Assembly (NCBI GenBank): GCA_903867855.1 | Contig: CAIPTA010000122.1 | Coordinates: 1-57,798, forward strand | Direction of reading: 5' to 3' | From: Oligoflexia bacterium | GTDB taxonomy: Bacteria; Bdellovibrionota; UBA1018; CAIPTA01 | Length of the DNA stretch: 57,798 nucleotides | In this document: positions 39,272 through 47,876 of the stretch, piece after piece | Numbering within the stretch: position 1 is the stretch's first letter | Layout: the number at the start of each line of letters is the position of its first letter | Notes under the pieces: generated by a model | Databases searched by the model: none | Told to the model about the DNA's origin: nothing | The model's input: only the letters and a program-made list of their open reading frames with translations | Position numbers and translations under genes: made by a program

Positions 39272-40671
39272 AGGGCACCTCCGAAGAGTTTCATTTGGGC
39301 GATGATTCGTAAAACTTCTGCTTGGGTATTCACCCGCTGTAATTGCGCGGTATCAAAATCTTGTTCGAAAAGAAGCATTTGATAGGTGGTAGTGCGTCCG
39401 CGAAGAAGGCGCTGTTGTTCATTTTCCAGCTTCGCTTTTTGCACTGTTTCGAGCTGCCTCGTTAAGGCTAGACGTTGCTTCGCCTCCTGCAGCTTCGTGT
39501 TGAGATCGCGCCAATCTTGCTCTTGCTTCATAAGCTTATTTTGGTATTGAAGCTCTGCCCCTTCTTGCTCCATCTTCGTTCCCGTATAGGTATCACTCAT
39601 GAGTCCAAAGGAAAGCGGAGTGGTGAAGCTAACTCCAATTACTCTTGTGGGGTGAATGCCCTGCACGGCCTGATTTACTGAAGCATCGGTAAGTGTATCG
39701 CGGCCTGTCCAGGCGAGAGAGCCAAATACTTTTAAGTCGGGTTTATATTTCTCTTTCGTGAGCTGCGCATTGGCCACCGCCACTTTGCGCATTTCATCAG
39801 CGGCTTTCACATCAAGACGCATCTCCTCGCGAGCTGGCACTTCCATTTTCACAAGGCTTTCTGATTCCACAAGATCTAACGATTCGGGCACTTGGTCTCC
39901 CGAAATATTTCTAGCTGAGTTGAAAGCGATGGAGGCAGCTTCTACTTCATCATTGGCGGCCTTCAATTGAAGTTTCGAGAGTTCTAGCGAGGCTTGCGCT
40001 TGCAGTTCATCGGATCTCTCTCCTAGTTGGAGATTTACGCGCTTGGTGGCCCACTGAAGAATTTTCTCTGCGCGGCTAAAGGCATCTTTTTGGATCTCTA
40101 CAGTTTTGCGGGCGATAGCTAAGCGCCAGTAGGCAATTTCTGAGTTCACTAGTTCTGCTCTTGCCTGATAGGAGTTATTGTAGCTATTGCCTAAATTATT
40201 GGCTTCTGAGAGATCTCGCTGCGCAGAAACCTCGGAGCCGAAACCATTGCGAAGTAAAGACTGGGAAAGTTCCAGCATTGGGGCTGCAAGATGATAGTCG
40301 GGCACAGCGAGCTGTGGTGCATTCATGATCTGCACGTGAGTCATGGTCCAAGTGAGTTTGGCGTTTAGGCCAAAGCTTGTAGCTTCACTCAAGCCCACAT
40401 CAAAGCCATTGGCATCGGTTTCGTTCCCTTGGAAAAATGGAGCGTCGGTAGGCTTCTTATCTTTCGAGTTTTTATAGTCGGCAAATAGGCTAGGCATAAG
40501 AGCGATATTCGCATCACGGGAGTGAATCTGCGCTCCTTTGCCTGCGCGCTGTGAACCTTTAAAGTTCTCATTTTGCGACTGCACTTGCTGTAAAAAATCA
40601 TCAATGCTTAAGTTTGCGGCTTGTGTGGTGCTTGCTATTAATAGGAGAGAGAGGGGGAGTATTTTTTTCAT
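39268..40671 (-). CDS. TolC-family outer-membrane efflux protein
   Basis: Signal peptide, AYWRL, coiled-coil repeats and GRTTTYQML, in an operon with the RND gene. Confidence 0.88.
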   Translation of the reverse strand: MKKILPLSLLLIASTTQAANLSIDDFLQQVQSQNENFKGSQRAGKGAQIHSRDANIALMPSLFADYKNSKDKKPTDAPFFQGNETDANGFDVGLSEATSFGLNAKLTWTMTHVQIMNAPQLAVPDYHLAAPMLELSQSLLRNGFGSEVSAQRDLSEANNLGNSYNNSYQARAELVNSEIAYWRLAIARKTVEIQKDAFSRAEKILQWATKRVNLQLGERSDELQAQASLELSKLQLKAANDEVEAASIAFNSARNISGDQVPESLDLVESESLVKMEVPAREEMRLDVKAADEMRKVAVANAQLTKEKYKPDLKVFGSLAWTGRDTLTDASVNQAVQGIHPTRVIGVSFTTPLSFGLMSDTYTGTKMEQEGAELQYQNKLMKQEQDWRDLNTKLQEAKQRLALTRQLETVQKAKLENEQQRLLRGRTTTYQMLLFEQDFDTAQLQRVNTQAEVLRIIAQMKLFGGAL

Positions 40672-40679
40672 AAGAAACC

Positions 40680-41312
40680 TCAGGAAATTCCTTTCAGGAT
40701 CATCGAGACAAATTGATCAATGAGTTCTTCGCGGTCTTTTTCATTGCGGATACTGCGGTTGAAATATTCTTTCGCTACTGCATCAGAGTGGCCTGTGTGG
40801 ATAATGGCGCCGAAATAGAAGGCTGTGATCGTGAGCGGATCCATTTCTTTTCGAACGATTCCCTGTTTCTTCGCGGATTGAAAAAACTTCACCATGGCTT
40901 CGAAGCTTTTTAAGAAAGTGTTTTGAAACACATCTTTCACCGCATCCATTTCGAAAAGATTTTCTCGATTGATGATTGAGCAGAGCTCGGGCTCTTCCGC
41001 GTGGCAGGTGAGGAACTGCCGCGACCAAAGCTTTAACTTGGCCTTTAAATCCTCTAAGGATTCTGGAGCGGTGAGAATTTTTTCGGATTCGGCCAGGCGA
41101 GCCGAGCCAAATTCCTCCAGGCAAGAGCGAAAGAGACCTTCTTTTCCTTGGAAATGGTAGCTAATGAGGCTGATATTTACGCCTGCTGCCTCAGCGATTT
41201 CTTTCACCGTGGCGCCGCCATAGCCCTTTTCTGCAAACACATGAGTAGCCGCCTTGCGCAGGAGCTCTACGGTGCTATCGTCTGAAGTTTTATGTTTGGG
41301 CGCTTTTGCCAT
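40680..41312 (-). CDS. TetR/AcrR-family regulator
   Basis: HTH FAEKGYGGATVKEIAEAAGVNISLISYHFQGKEGL. Confidence 0.95.
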   Translation of the reverse strand: MAKAPKHKTSDDSTVELLRKAATHVFAEKGYGGATVKEIAEAAGVNISLISYHFQGKEGLFRSCLEEFGSARLAESEKILTAPESLEDLKAKLKLWSRQFLTCHAEEPELCSIINRENLFEMDAVKDVFQNTFLKSFEAMVKFFQSAKKQGIVRKEMDPLTITAFYFGAIIHTGHSDAVAKEYFNRSIRNEKDREELIDQFVSMILKGIS

Positions 41313-41340
41313 GGCCCTATTATTAAAATACTATTTTGAT

Positions 41341-41364
41341 AATTTCAAATGAATGTTTGAAATT
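41341..41364. promoter_or_regulatory. Putative TetR operator
   Basis: Perfect 9-bp inverted repeat AATTTCAAA-N6-TTTGAAATT, about 30 nt upstream of the tetR start. Confidence 0.75.
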
Positions 41365-41379
41365 TTAGAGTGTAGTGCG

Positions 41380-44061
41380 CTAAACCCTTTTCTTGGGCTT
41401 TTTTACTGTGGCAGTCTTCTTTGGTTTCGCAGACTTAGCCGCTTTCGCCGCTTTGGGAGCAGATTTTGCTTTTTTGGGTTTCGCTCCCCCACCTGCAGCA
41501 ATTTTATCCGCAATAAGGTTCACTGCATCCGCCAGCGTTAGCTCTTCCACCGTTTTCTCTTTTGGGAGAACTGTTGCATTCACTGCGCCGCACTTCACAT
41601 AGAGACCATAGGGGCCTTCAAGCACTTCTATCGGCTCTTTAGTTTCTGGGTGTTCGCCGAGAGTTTTCAAAACCTGAGAACCACGACGGCGACTTAGCTT
41701 CGGCTGCGCAAATAATTCAAGCGCGCGCGCTAAGTTCACCTCTAAAACGGGATCTTCTTTTTTGAGGGAGCGGTATTCGCCATTGCAGACCACATAGGGG
41801 CCAAAGCGGCCAACGCTTGCTCTGATTTCTTTTTGTGTGTCGGGATGCAGGCCGAGTAGGCGTGGCAATTCCAAAATGCGAAGAGCGAGTGGTTCATCCA
41901 CCGAATTAGGATCAATGCCTTTCGGAATCGAAACGCGTTTCAATTTTTCTTTAGGGTCAGCGGGAATATCTCCGAGCTGCAAGTATGGACCATAGGTTCC
42001 CGTTTTCAAGAAGATAGGCAATTTCGTAACAGGATCTGTGCCGAGGCTCTGCGCACCTTTTTTCACTTGTTCAATCAGCGCGCGCATGGATTCTTCGTTC
42101 AAATCACTAGGCGCCATGGATTCTGGTAGGCTCGCTTTCACAATTTGTTTTGTGATTGGGTCTTCGTATTCAAAGTAAGGACCAAACTTGCCCACGAAAA
42201 TATCTACATTTTTTAGATGATCGAAATGGAGCGAGCGCGCCTCTTCGGGATCGATGAGTTTATCTTCTTGTTCCACTCGCGCCTGCAGGCCTTTGGCGCC
42301 GAGGAAGAAACTTTCTAGGTAGGGCTCGTATTCTAATTTGCCTTCAGCAATATCATCGAGCTTCTCTTCCATATTAGAAGTGAACTTATTGTCTACAAGT
42401 TCATTGAAGTGTTTCGCCATCAATTCCGTGACCACGAATCCGGTAAAGGTGGGCACGAGCGCATTCGATTGGCGTGCGGCATAGCCTCGATCCAAAATAG
42501 TGCTCACGATGGAAGCATAAGTAGATGGGCGTCCGATGCCTTCTTTTTCAAGGAATTGAATGAGCGAGGCTTCCGAATAGCGGGCTGGCGGTTTCGTTTC
42601 GTGGGCGGTAACTTCCGAGCTCACGTGTTCAATTTTATCGCCCACTTTGAGGTCGGGCAGGAAGCGCTCTTTTTCGCCGAGGGAATGCTCAGGATCATCA
42701 TGACCTTCCACATAGGCGCGCAAGAATCCCGAGAACAGAATCTTCATGCCTGAAGCTTGGAAGCGAGCTGGGCCTTTGGAAGTTGTTGCATGAATGGTTG
42801 CCGAAACCTGCAGCTGACGAGAATCTGCCATCTGCGTGGCAATCGTGCGCATCCAAATCATTTCATAGAGTTCAAATTCTTTTCCGCGCAGGCCCATGTC
42901 TTGCGGCGGCGTGAAATCTAGCGACGGACGAATGGCTTCATGCGCTTCTTGTGCGCCCTTAGCTTTCGAGGTAAAGCGGCGAGCCTCAGGGCTCACATAC
43001 TCATCGCCATAGAGTTTTTTCACCAGCGCGCGCGAGCTTTGAATCGCAGATTCCGAAAGATTCACGGAATCAGTACGCATATAGGTGATAAATCCGCGTT
43101 CATAGAGCGTTTGCGCGATACGCATGGTTTCTCGTGCAGAGAGACCGAGCTTACGGTTCGCTTCCTGCTGCAAAGTCGAAGTAATAAAAGGTGGAGATGG
43201 ACGGCGCGTGACTGGCTTCTCTTCCAGGTCAACTACACTCCAATCAGCCAGCTGCACTTCTTTAAGCAGAGCACTCGCATTTTTTTCATCCAGTAGAAGA
43301 GTTTTATTCTTCTCTTTCTCTAGGAGTTTCCCGGTGCGCTCATCGAAATCTTTTCCGATCGCAATCTTCTGCTCATTTAAGTGCGTGAGGCGGGCTTCGA
43401 AAGTGGCATCACGACCGCGACCCTTAGCGAGTTCTGCGCCGATGCCCCAGTAGTTGGCGCTCACAAATTTCATGCGCTCTTTTTCAAGATCAACTAAGGC
43501 TTTCAGTGCCACGGATTGCACGCGTCCGGCGGAGAGACCAAAGGCAATTTTTTTCCAAATGAGCGGAGATACTGTGTAGCCCACGAGACGATCTAGAATT
43601 CTACGTGTTTCCTGGGCGCGCACGAGCTTCTCATCTAATTCGCGGGGATGATCAAAGGCATCTTTGATGGCTTTCGAAGTGATCTCGTGAAACACCATTC
43701 GTTTCGTAGGAATCTTGGGCTTCAGTACTTCCAATAAATGCCAGCTAATGCTTTCTCCTTCGCGGTCTTCGTCGGTCGCGAGGTAAAGAGTGTCGGCGTC
43801 TTTGAGTGCTTTTCGAATATCCGAGAGGATCTTCGTTTTTTGCGGCGGTATAATATAGAGAGGCTTGAAGTGATCAGCCACGTTGATGCCGAGGCGGCTC
43901 CACTTTAACTTTTTAAATTCTTCAGGGATCTGGGAGGCTTTGTCTGGCAGATCTCGCACATGACCATTGCAAGCGAGCACAACGCAATCCTTCGGCAGGA
44001 ACTTCTTAATAGTTCTCGCTTTGGTGGGGGACTCAACAATGATTAGAGAATTTTTTTTCAT
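41380..44061 (-). CDS. topA: Type IA DNA topoisomerase I
   Basis: IVESPTKA, ATDEDREGE, SAGRVQS and ITYMRTD. The C-terminal region has G(K/R)FGPY Topo_C_Rpt repeats, no Zn ribbons, and a Lys-rich tail. Confidence 0.97.
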   Translation of the reverse strand: MKKNSLIIVESPTKARTIKKFLPKDCVVLACNGHVRDLPDKASQIPEEFKKLKWSRLGINVADHFKPLYIIPPQKTKILSDIRKALKDADTLYLATDEDREGESISWHLLEVLKPKIPTKRMVFHEITSKAIKDAFDHPRELDEKLVRAQETRRILDRLVGYTVSPLIWKKIAFGLSAGRVQSVALKALVDLEKERMKFVSANYWGIGAELAKGRGRDATFEARLTHLNEQKIAIGKDFDERTGKLLEKEKNKTLLLDEKNASALLKEVQLADWSVVDLEEKPVTRRPSPPFITSTLQQEANRKLGLSARETMRIAQTLYERGFITYMRTDSVNLSESAIQSSRALVKKLYGDEYVSPEARRFTSKAKGAQEAHEAIRPSLDFTPPQDMGLRGKEFELYEMIWMRTIATQMADSRQLQVSATIHATTSKGPARFQASGMKILFSGFLRAYVEGHDDPEHSLGEKERFLPDLKVGDKIEHVSSEVTAHETKPPARYSEASLIQFLEKEGIGRPSTYASIVSTILDRGYAARQSNALVPTFTGFVVTELMAKHFNELVDNKFTSNMEEKLDDIAEGKLEYEPYLESFFLGAKGLQARVEQEDKLIDPEEARSLHFDHLKNVDIFVGKFGPYFEYEDPITKQIVKASLPESMAPSDLNEESMRALIEQVKKGAQSLGTDPVTKLPIFLKTGTYGPYLQLGDIPADPKEKLKRVSIPKGIDPNSVDEPLALRILELPRLLGLHPDTQKEIRASVGRFGPYVVCNGEYRSLKKEDPVLEVNLARALELFAQPKLSRRRGSQVLKTLGEHPETKEPIEVLEGPYGLYVKCGAVNATVLPKEKTVEELTLADAVNLIADKIAAGGGAKPKKAKSAPKAAKAAKSAKPKKTATVKKPKKRV

Positions 44062-44135
44062 CTGCTCCAGCAATACCCAATCAACTTTGTCCAAAAGCTA
44101 GCACAGAACTCTGCCAAGCAAAGCAAAAAGTTTTA

Positions 44136-44278
44136 ATGCGGCTGGCTGCAAAAGCTTCAGGCCTTCGTTTTCAGCAGAAAATAGTCCTCAATGGCCAGTT
44201 GGCCACCTCCGGGTATTTTCTGCCTCGTGCCTCGGCCGCAGCTTTTTCGCTCAGCCGCGCATGCTAAAGCGGCTGGCT
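44136..44278. repeat. Long nested imperfect palindrome (MITE/REP-like element or structured ncRNA)
   Basis: Nested pairs GCGGCTG/CAGCCGC, AAAAGCT/AGCTTTT, GGCC/GGCC, GCAGAAAATA/TATTTTCTGC and TGGCCA/TGGCCA. A 10-bp direct repeat GCGGCTGGCT occurs at 44138 and 44269. Confidence 0.7.
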
Positions 44279-44669
44279 AGGCTTTTTCGAGCACCATATT
44301 TTTGGCGAGGGCTTCTTCTTTAGAAAAAGGAAGGTCGGTTCCATCGTTGAAAATGGCTTGGGATAAATCTGCGTTCGTGAGATCGGCGCCAGTGAGTTTC
44401 GCATCCCGAAGGTTGGCACCACGCAAATTAGCATTCACTAATTTTGCACCAGTTAAGTTAGCTCTGCATAGATAAGTGTGGCTTAGGTTTGCTCCACTGA
44501 AATCTGTTTTGCTCAAATTCGTTTGATACATATCACTACGAGAGAGATTGATCCCCTTTAGCTTTAAACGACTAAGATTCGTATTGCTTAGGTTACTACA
44601 ATCTTTGTTTACCCAGGTGGGTAGACCATTTTTTTGACGTCCGGTGATCAAGGTAATAAAGGGAAGCAT
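44277..44669 (-). CDS. Pentapeptide-repeat protein
   Basis: Tandem A(N/D)Lxx repeats (ANLSH, ANLTG, ANLRG, ADLTN, ADLSQ). Confidence 0.9.
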   Translation of the reverse strand: MLPFITLITGRQKNGLPTWVNKDCSNLSNTNLSRLKLKGINLSRSDMYQTNLSKTDFSGANLSHTYLCRANLTGAKLVNANLRGANLRDAKLTGADLTNADLSQAIFNDGTDLPFSKEEALAKNMVLEKA

Positions 44670-44841
44670 GGGTCAACTATAGAGCCAGCGGGGGACCATG
44701 TAAAGTAGCTAGAATGCCTGTAAAATTTATAGGATGTATGGGGTGTGAGATTGTAAGGATTAGTGGCTTTTGATCTGGGGTGCTATTCAGTAGCGTAAGT
44801 CTAATTCGAAAGAAGAAACTTAGTTGAAGGGGAATTTAGCT

Positions 44842-45249
44842 ATGAAACTTACCGTCGTAATTTTAGGTATACTTATCTCGATGCCAGCGATGGCCAACGA
44901 TACCATCAAGCAGGATATGAAACAGATCGCGGGCTTGTTTAAGCAAATCGCTACCACCATGGGTGACGCATCGAAAAACCAGGCCAATGCAGCAGCAGCT
45001 TCTCAGATCGCAGCGCTTTTCCAAAATGCAGCGGGGCAAGAGCCAGACTCGATTCTGAAATTGCCCGTGGGGCAGCAAAGCGCGGCAGTGGCAGACTATC
45101 GCAACATGGTAACTCAAGAGGCTAATTTAGCGAGCGCGATGGCGAAAGATTTCGCCACCAACAATAACGCAGCTGTAGGAGCCGTGCTTCAGCAAATGAG
45201 CGACCTTAAAAAAGAGGGTCACGATAAATACAATCCTCAGGCCTTATAG
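44842..45249 (+). CDS. Soluble cytochrome b562-like four-helix protein
   Basis: Signal peptide (AMA), a Met near mature position 7-8 (IKQDMKQI) and C-terminal KKEGHDKY, matching the Met/His heme ligand layout of CybC. Confidence 0.7.
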   Translation: MKLTVVILGILISMPAMANDTIKQDMKQIAGLFKQIATTMGDASKNQANAAAASQIAALFQNAAGQEPDSILKLPVGQQSAAVADYRNMVTQEANLASAMAKDFATNNNAAVGAVLQQMSDLKKEGHDKYNPQAL

Positions 45250-46220
45250 GGAACGAGCTTTTGGTCGATGGCCCCGAAAATCGAGTGGCCATCGTTATCC
45301 AGCATTTCGATTTTCACGCGATCGCCAAAACGCATGAAGGAAGTAACGGGCTTGCCCTGTTCTATCGTTTCGATCATGCGTTTCTCGGCGAGGCAGGAGC
45401 TGCCTTTGGTACGATCTCGGTTTGAAATAGTGCCTGAGCCTACGATGGTTCCGGCGCAGAGTTTTCTCGTTTTGGCTCCGTGACTGAGGAGCTCTGCAAA
45501 GGAAAATTGCATGTCTACCCCTGCATTGGGCTCGCCAAAGAGTTCGCCATTCAATAGGGTGCGAAGGGGTAGATGGAGTTTTGCGCCTTGCCAAGAAGGG
45601 CCCAACTCATCGGGCGTGATCGCAATAGGGGAGAATGCGCTAGCTGGCTTGCTCACCACAAACCCAAAGCCTTTGCCGAGTTCGTTAGGAATGAGTCCGC
45701 GTAAACTAACATCATTTACTAAAAGCACGAGCTTGATATGTTTCGCTGCCTTGTCTGCCGAAATACCCATGGGCACATCATCGGTGATCACGGCTACTTC
45801 GGATTCAAAATCCACGCCGTAGTCTTCTGAAGCCATGGCAATATCTTCTGTGGGGCCTAAGAAGGAATCTGAGCAGCCTTGGTACATGAGAGGGTCGGTG
45901 AGGAATTCTTTCGGCATCTCGGCACCGCGGGCCTTGCGCACAAGTTCCACGTGATTCAAGTAGGCGCTGCCATCTAGCCACTGGTACGCACGAGGCAGTG
46001 GAGAAGTAAGTTTCGTTTGATCTAACGCGAAGCTATCCTCAGCAGAATTTCGGCAAAGGTCGATATAAAGATTATGGAGTTTGGGCGCGCAATTTTCCCA
46101 ATCATCTAGCGCTGCCTGCATCGTGGGCGCGATGCTGGTGGCAAAAACCGCTCTTGTTAAATAGCGACTTACCACGATGAGTGATCCATCACGGCCATTT
46201 TTTAATGAGGCAAGTTTCAT
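45237..46220 (-). CDS. Fumarylacetoacetate hydrolase family protein
   Basis: MKLASLK.GRDG, SPLPRAYQWLDGSAY, DFESEVAV, NDVSLR and GSGTISN. Confidence 0.92.
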   Translation of the reverse strand: MKLASLKNGRDGSLIVVSRYLTRAVFATSIAPTMQAALDDWENCAPKLHNLYIDLCRNSAEDSFALDQTKLTSPLPRAYQWLDGSAYLNHVELVRKARGAEMPKEFLTDPLMYQGCSDSFLGPTEDIAMASEDYGVDFESEVAVITDDVPMGISADKAAKHIKLVLLVNDVSLRGLIPNELGKGFGFVVSKPASAFSPIAITPDELGPSWQGAKLHLPLRTLLNGELFGEPNAGVDMQFSFAELLSHGAKTRKLCAGTIVGSGTISNRDRTKGSSCLAEKRMIETIEQGKPVTSFMRFGDRVKIEMLDNDGHSIFGAIDQKLVPYKA

Positions 46221-46269
46221 AATCTTTCTCCTTTCCAAGTTTTAGCACAAAGCTTGCTAAGAGAACAAT

Positions 46270-47337
46270 ATGCCCCGAATTGTAGCCGTCACCACAGCCA
46301 CTCCACCGAATCTCATTTCGCAAGAAAAGGTAAAAGACTTTGCTCAAACTCACTTTGGTAAAAATAAATTATTCCAGCGCCTACTGCCAGTTTTTGATAA
46401 CGCGATGGTGGAAGAGCGCCATATTGCTGTTGATTTCGCCTGGCTTAGCAAGAGGCATAGCTTTACTGAATCGAATCAGCGTTATGTAGAAGTGGCGTTG
46501 AATCTTTCTGAGCAGGTTACGGTGGATCTTGCGCATCGCTGCGCCATGCCGCTCGATGAGTTCGACGTGGTATTTTTCATCTCTACCACGGGGCTTTCTA
46601 CCCCGAGTATTGATGCGCTTCTCTTTAATCGTATCCCACTCAATCCACACATTAAGCGAGTTCCCATCTGGGGTCTGGGTTGTGCGGGGGGGGCAGCCGG
46701 CCTATCGCGCGCGTTTGAATACTTAAAAGCGTTTCCTACGCATCGGGCGCTTGTGATCGTGGTGGAGCTATGCAGTCTCTCCTTTCAATTAGAGGATCCA
46801 AATAAGGCCGACATTATTTCGGCCGCGCTCTTTGGGGATGGAGCAGCGGCGTGCGCGGTATTCGGCGATGATACGCCTCAGCGAGAAGCTAGTGGGATTG
46901 AGCCCACTATTTTGGGTAGCTTGTCTACCATCTATCCCAATACATTGGATGTGATGGGCTGGCGCGCCACGAGCGAGGGATTCAAGGTAACGCTCTCGCA
47001 AGATATTCCCACGATCGTGAGTTCCCTCGTAAAGTCGAATATTACAGAATTCTTACATCACTATGAACTTAGCCTCCGCGATCTGGCGCACTTTGTTATG
47101 CATCCTGGCGGAGTGAAAGTGCTGCAGGCCTATGCGGAGGGGCTCGGCGCGCCGATAGAAAAATTTCGCCATTGCTATGATGTGCTCCGTAGCTTTGGGA
47201 ATATGTCGAGCGTCACGGTGTATTTCATTTTGCAGCGCTTTCTCGAAGATAAAAGTATTCTAGCGGGAGACTTTGGTTTAGTTGGCGCACTGGGGCCGGG
47301 CTTTAGTTCAGAGCTTGTATTGCTCCAATGGAAATAA
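46270..47337 (+). CDS. Type III polyketide synthase (BpsA/SrsA-like)
   Basis: Catalytic Cys (GLGCAGG), His (MHPGG) and Asn (GNMSS), plus LFGDGAAA and GPGFSSE. Confidence 0.93.
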   Translation: MPRIVAVTTATPPNLISQEKVKDFAQTHFGKNKLFQRLLPVFDNAMVEERHIAVDFAWLSKRHSFTESNQRYVEVALNLSEQVTVDLAHRCAMPLDEFDVVFFISTTGLSTPSIDALLFNRIPLNPHIKRVPIWGLGCAGGAAGLSRAFEYLKAFPTHRALVIVVELCSLSFQLEDPNKADIISAALFGDGAAACAVFGDDTPQREASGIEPTILGSLSTIYPNTLDVMGWRATSEGFKVTLSQDIPTIVSSLVKSNITEFLHHYELSLRDLAHFVMHPGGVKVLQAYAEGLGAPIEKFRHCYDVLRSFGNMSSVTVYFILQRFLEDKSILAGDFGLVGALGPGFSSELVLLQWK

Positions 47338-47338
47338 C

Positions 47339-47860
47339 ATGAACCATACAAGTTTGTTTTTTTTCCTGCTTTTTGGCTTCGTGGCCACGCAACGATTAGT
47401 AGAGTTAGGAATCGCTCGGCGAAATACAAAAATCTTACTCGCCCGAGGCGGAGTGGAGTTTGGAAAAAAGCACTATTGGGTTTTGGTTTTACTGCACACC
47501 ACTTTTTTTATCAGTTTACTTTTTGAGGCTGTGCTCCGTATTCCCCATTTGCCGAGTTATTGGCTCCCGCTTTTTCTCCTTCTTCTATTGGCGCAAGCGG
47601 CGAGAGTTTGGGTGATCTATACAATGCACGGCCGCTGGACCACGAGAATTGTGGTGCTTCCCTCAGAGCGCCTCGTGAACACAGGCCCATTCCGACTAAT
47701 TGCTCATCCTAACTATTGCATCGTAGCGCTTGAGCTCTTGCTCATTCCATGGCTTTTTCAGCTCTATTTCACGGCGATCCTCTTTTCCTGCCTAAATGCC
47801 TTTGTGCTGCTAAAAATTCGGCTGCCAGAGGAAAAAAGAGCATTGCGATGGGCAGACTAA
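47339..47860 (+). CDS. Isoprenylcysteine carboxyl methyltransferase family (BpsB/SrsB-like)
   Basis: QRLVEL...RRN, RWTTRI, GPFRLIAHPNY and R..EEK.AL, directly after the type III PKS. Confidence 0.9.
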   Translation: MNHTSLFFFLLFGFVATQRLVELGIARRNTKILLARGGVEFGKKHYWVLVLLHTTFFISLLFEAVLRIPHLPSYWLPLFLLLLLAQAARVWVIYTMHGRWTTRIVVLPSERLVNTGPFRLIAHPNYCIVALELLLIPWLFQLYFTAILFSCLNAFVLLKIRLPEEKRALRWAD

Positions 47861-47876
47861 AAATCTAGTATTAGCC

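Noticed and set aside
44277-44669. Calling the pentapeptide protein qnr/mfpA
   Set aside because: Too short and lacks recognisable Qnr loops; only a family-level call is supported.
44695-44762. Several TGTAA/TGT words between the pentapeptide and b562-like genes
   Set aside because: Irregular spacing and short words; cannot be distinguished from chance.
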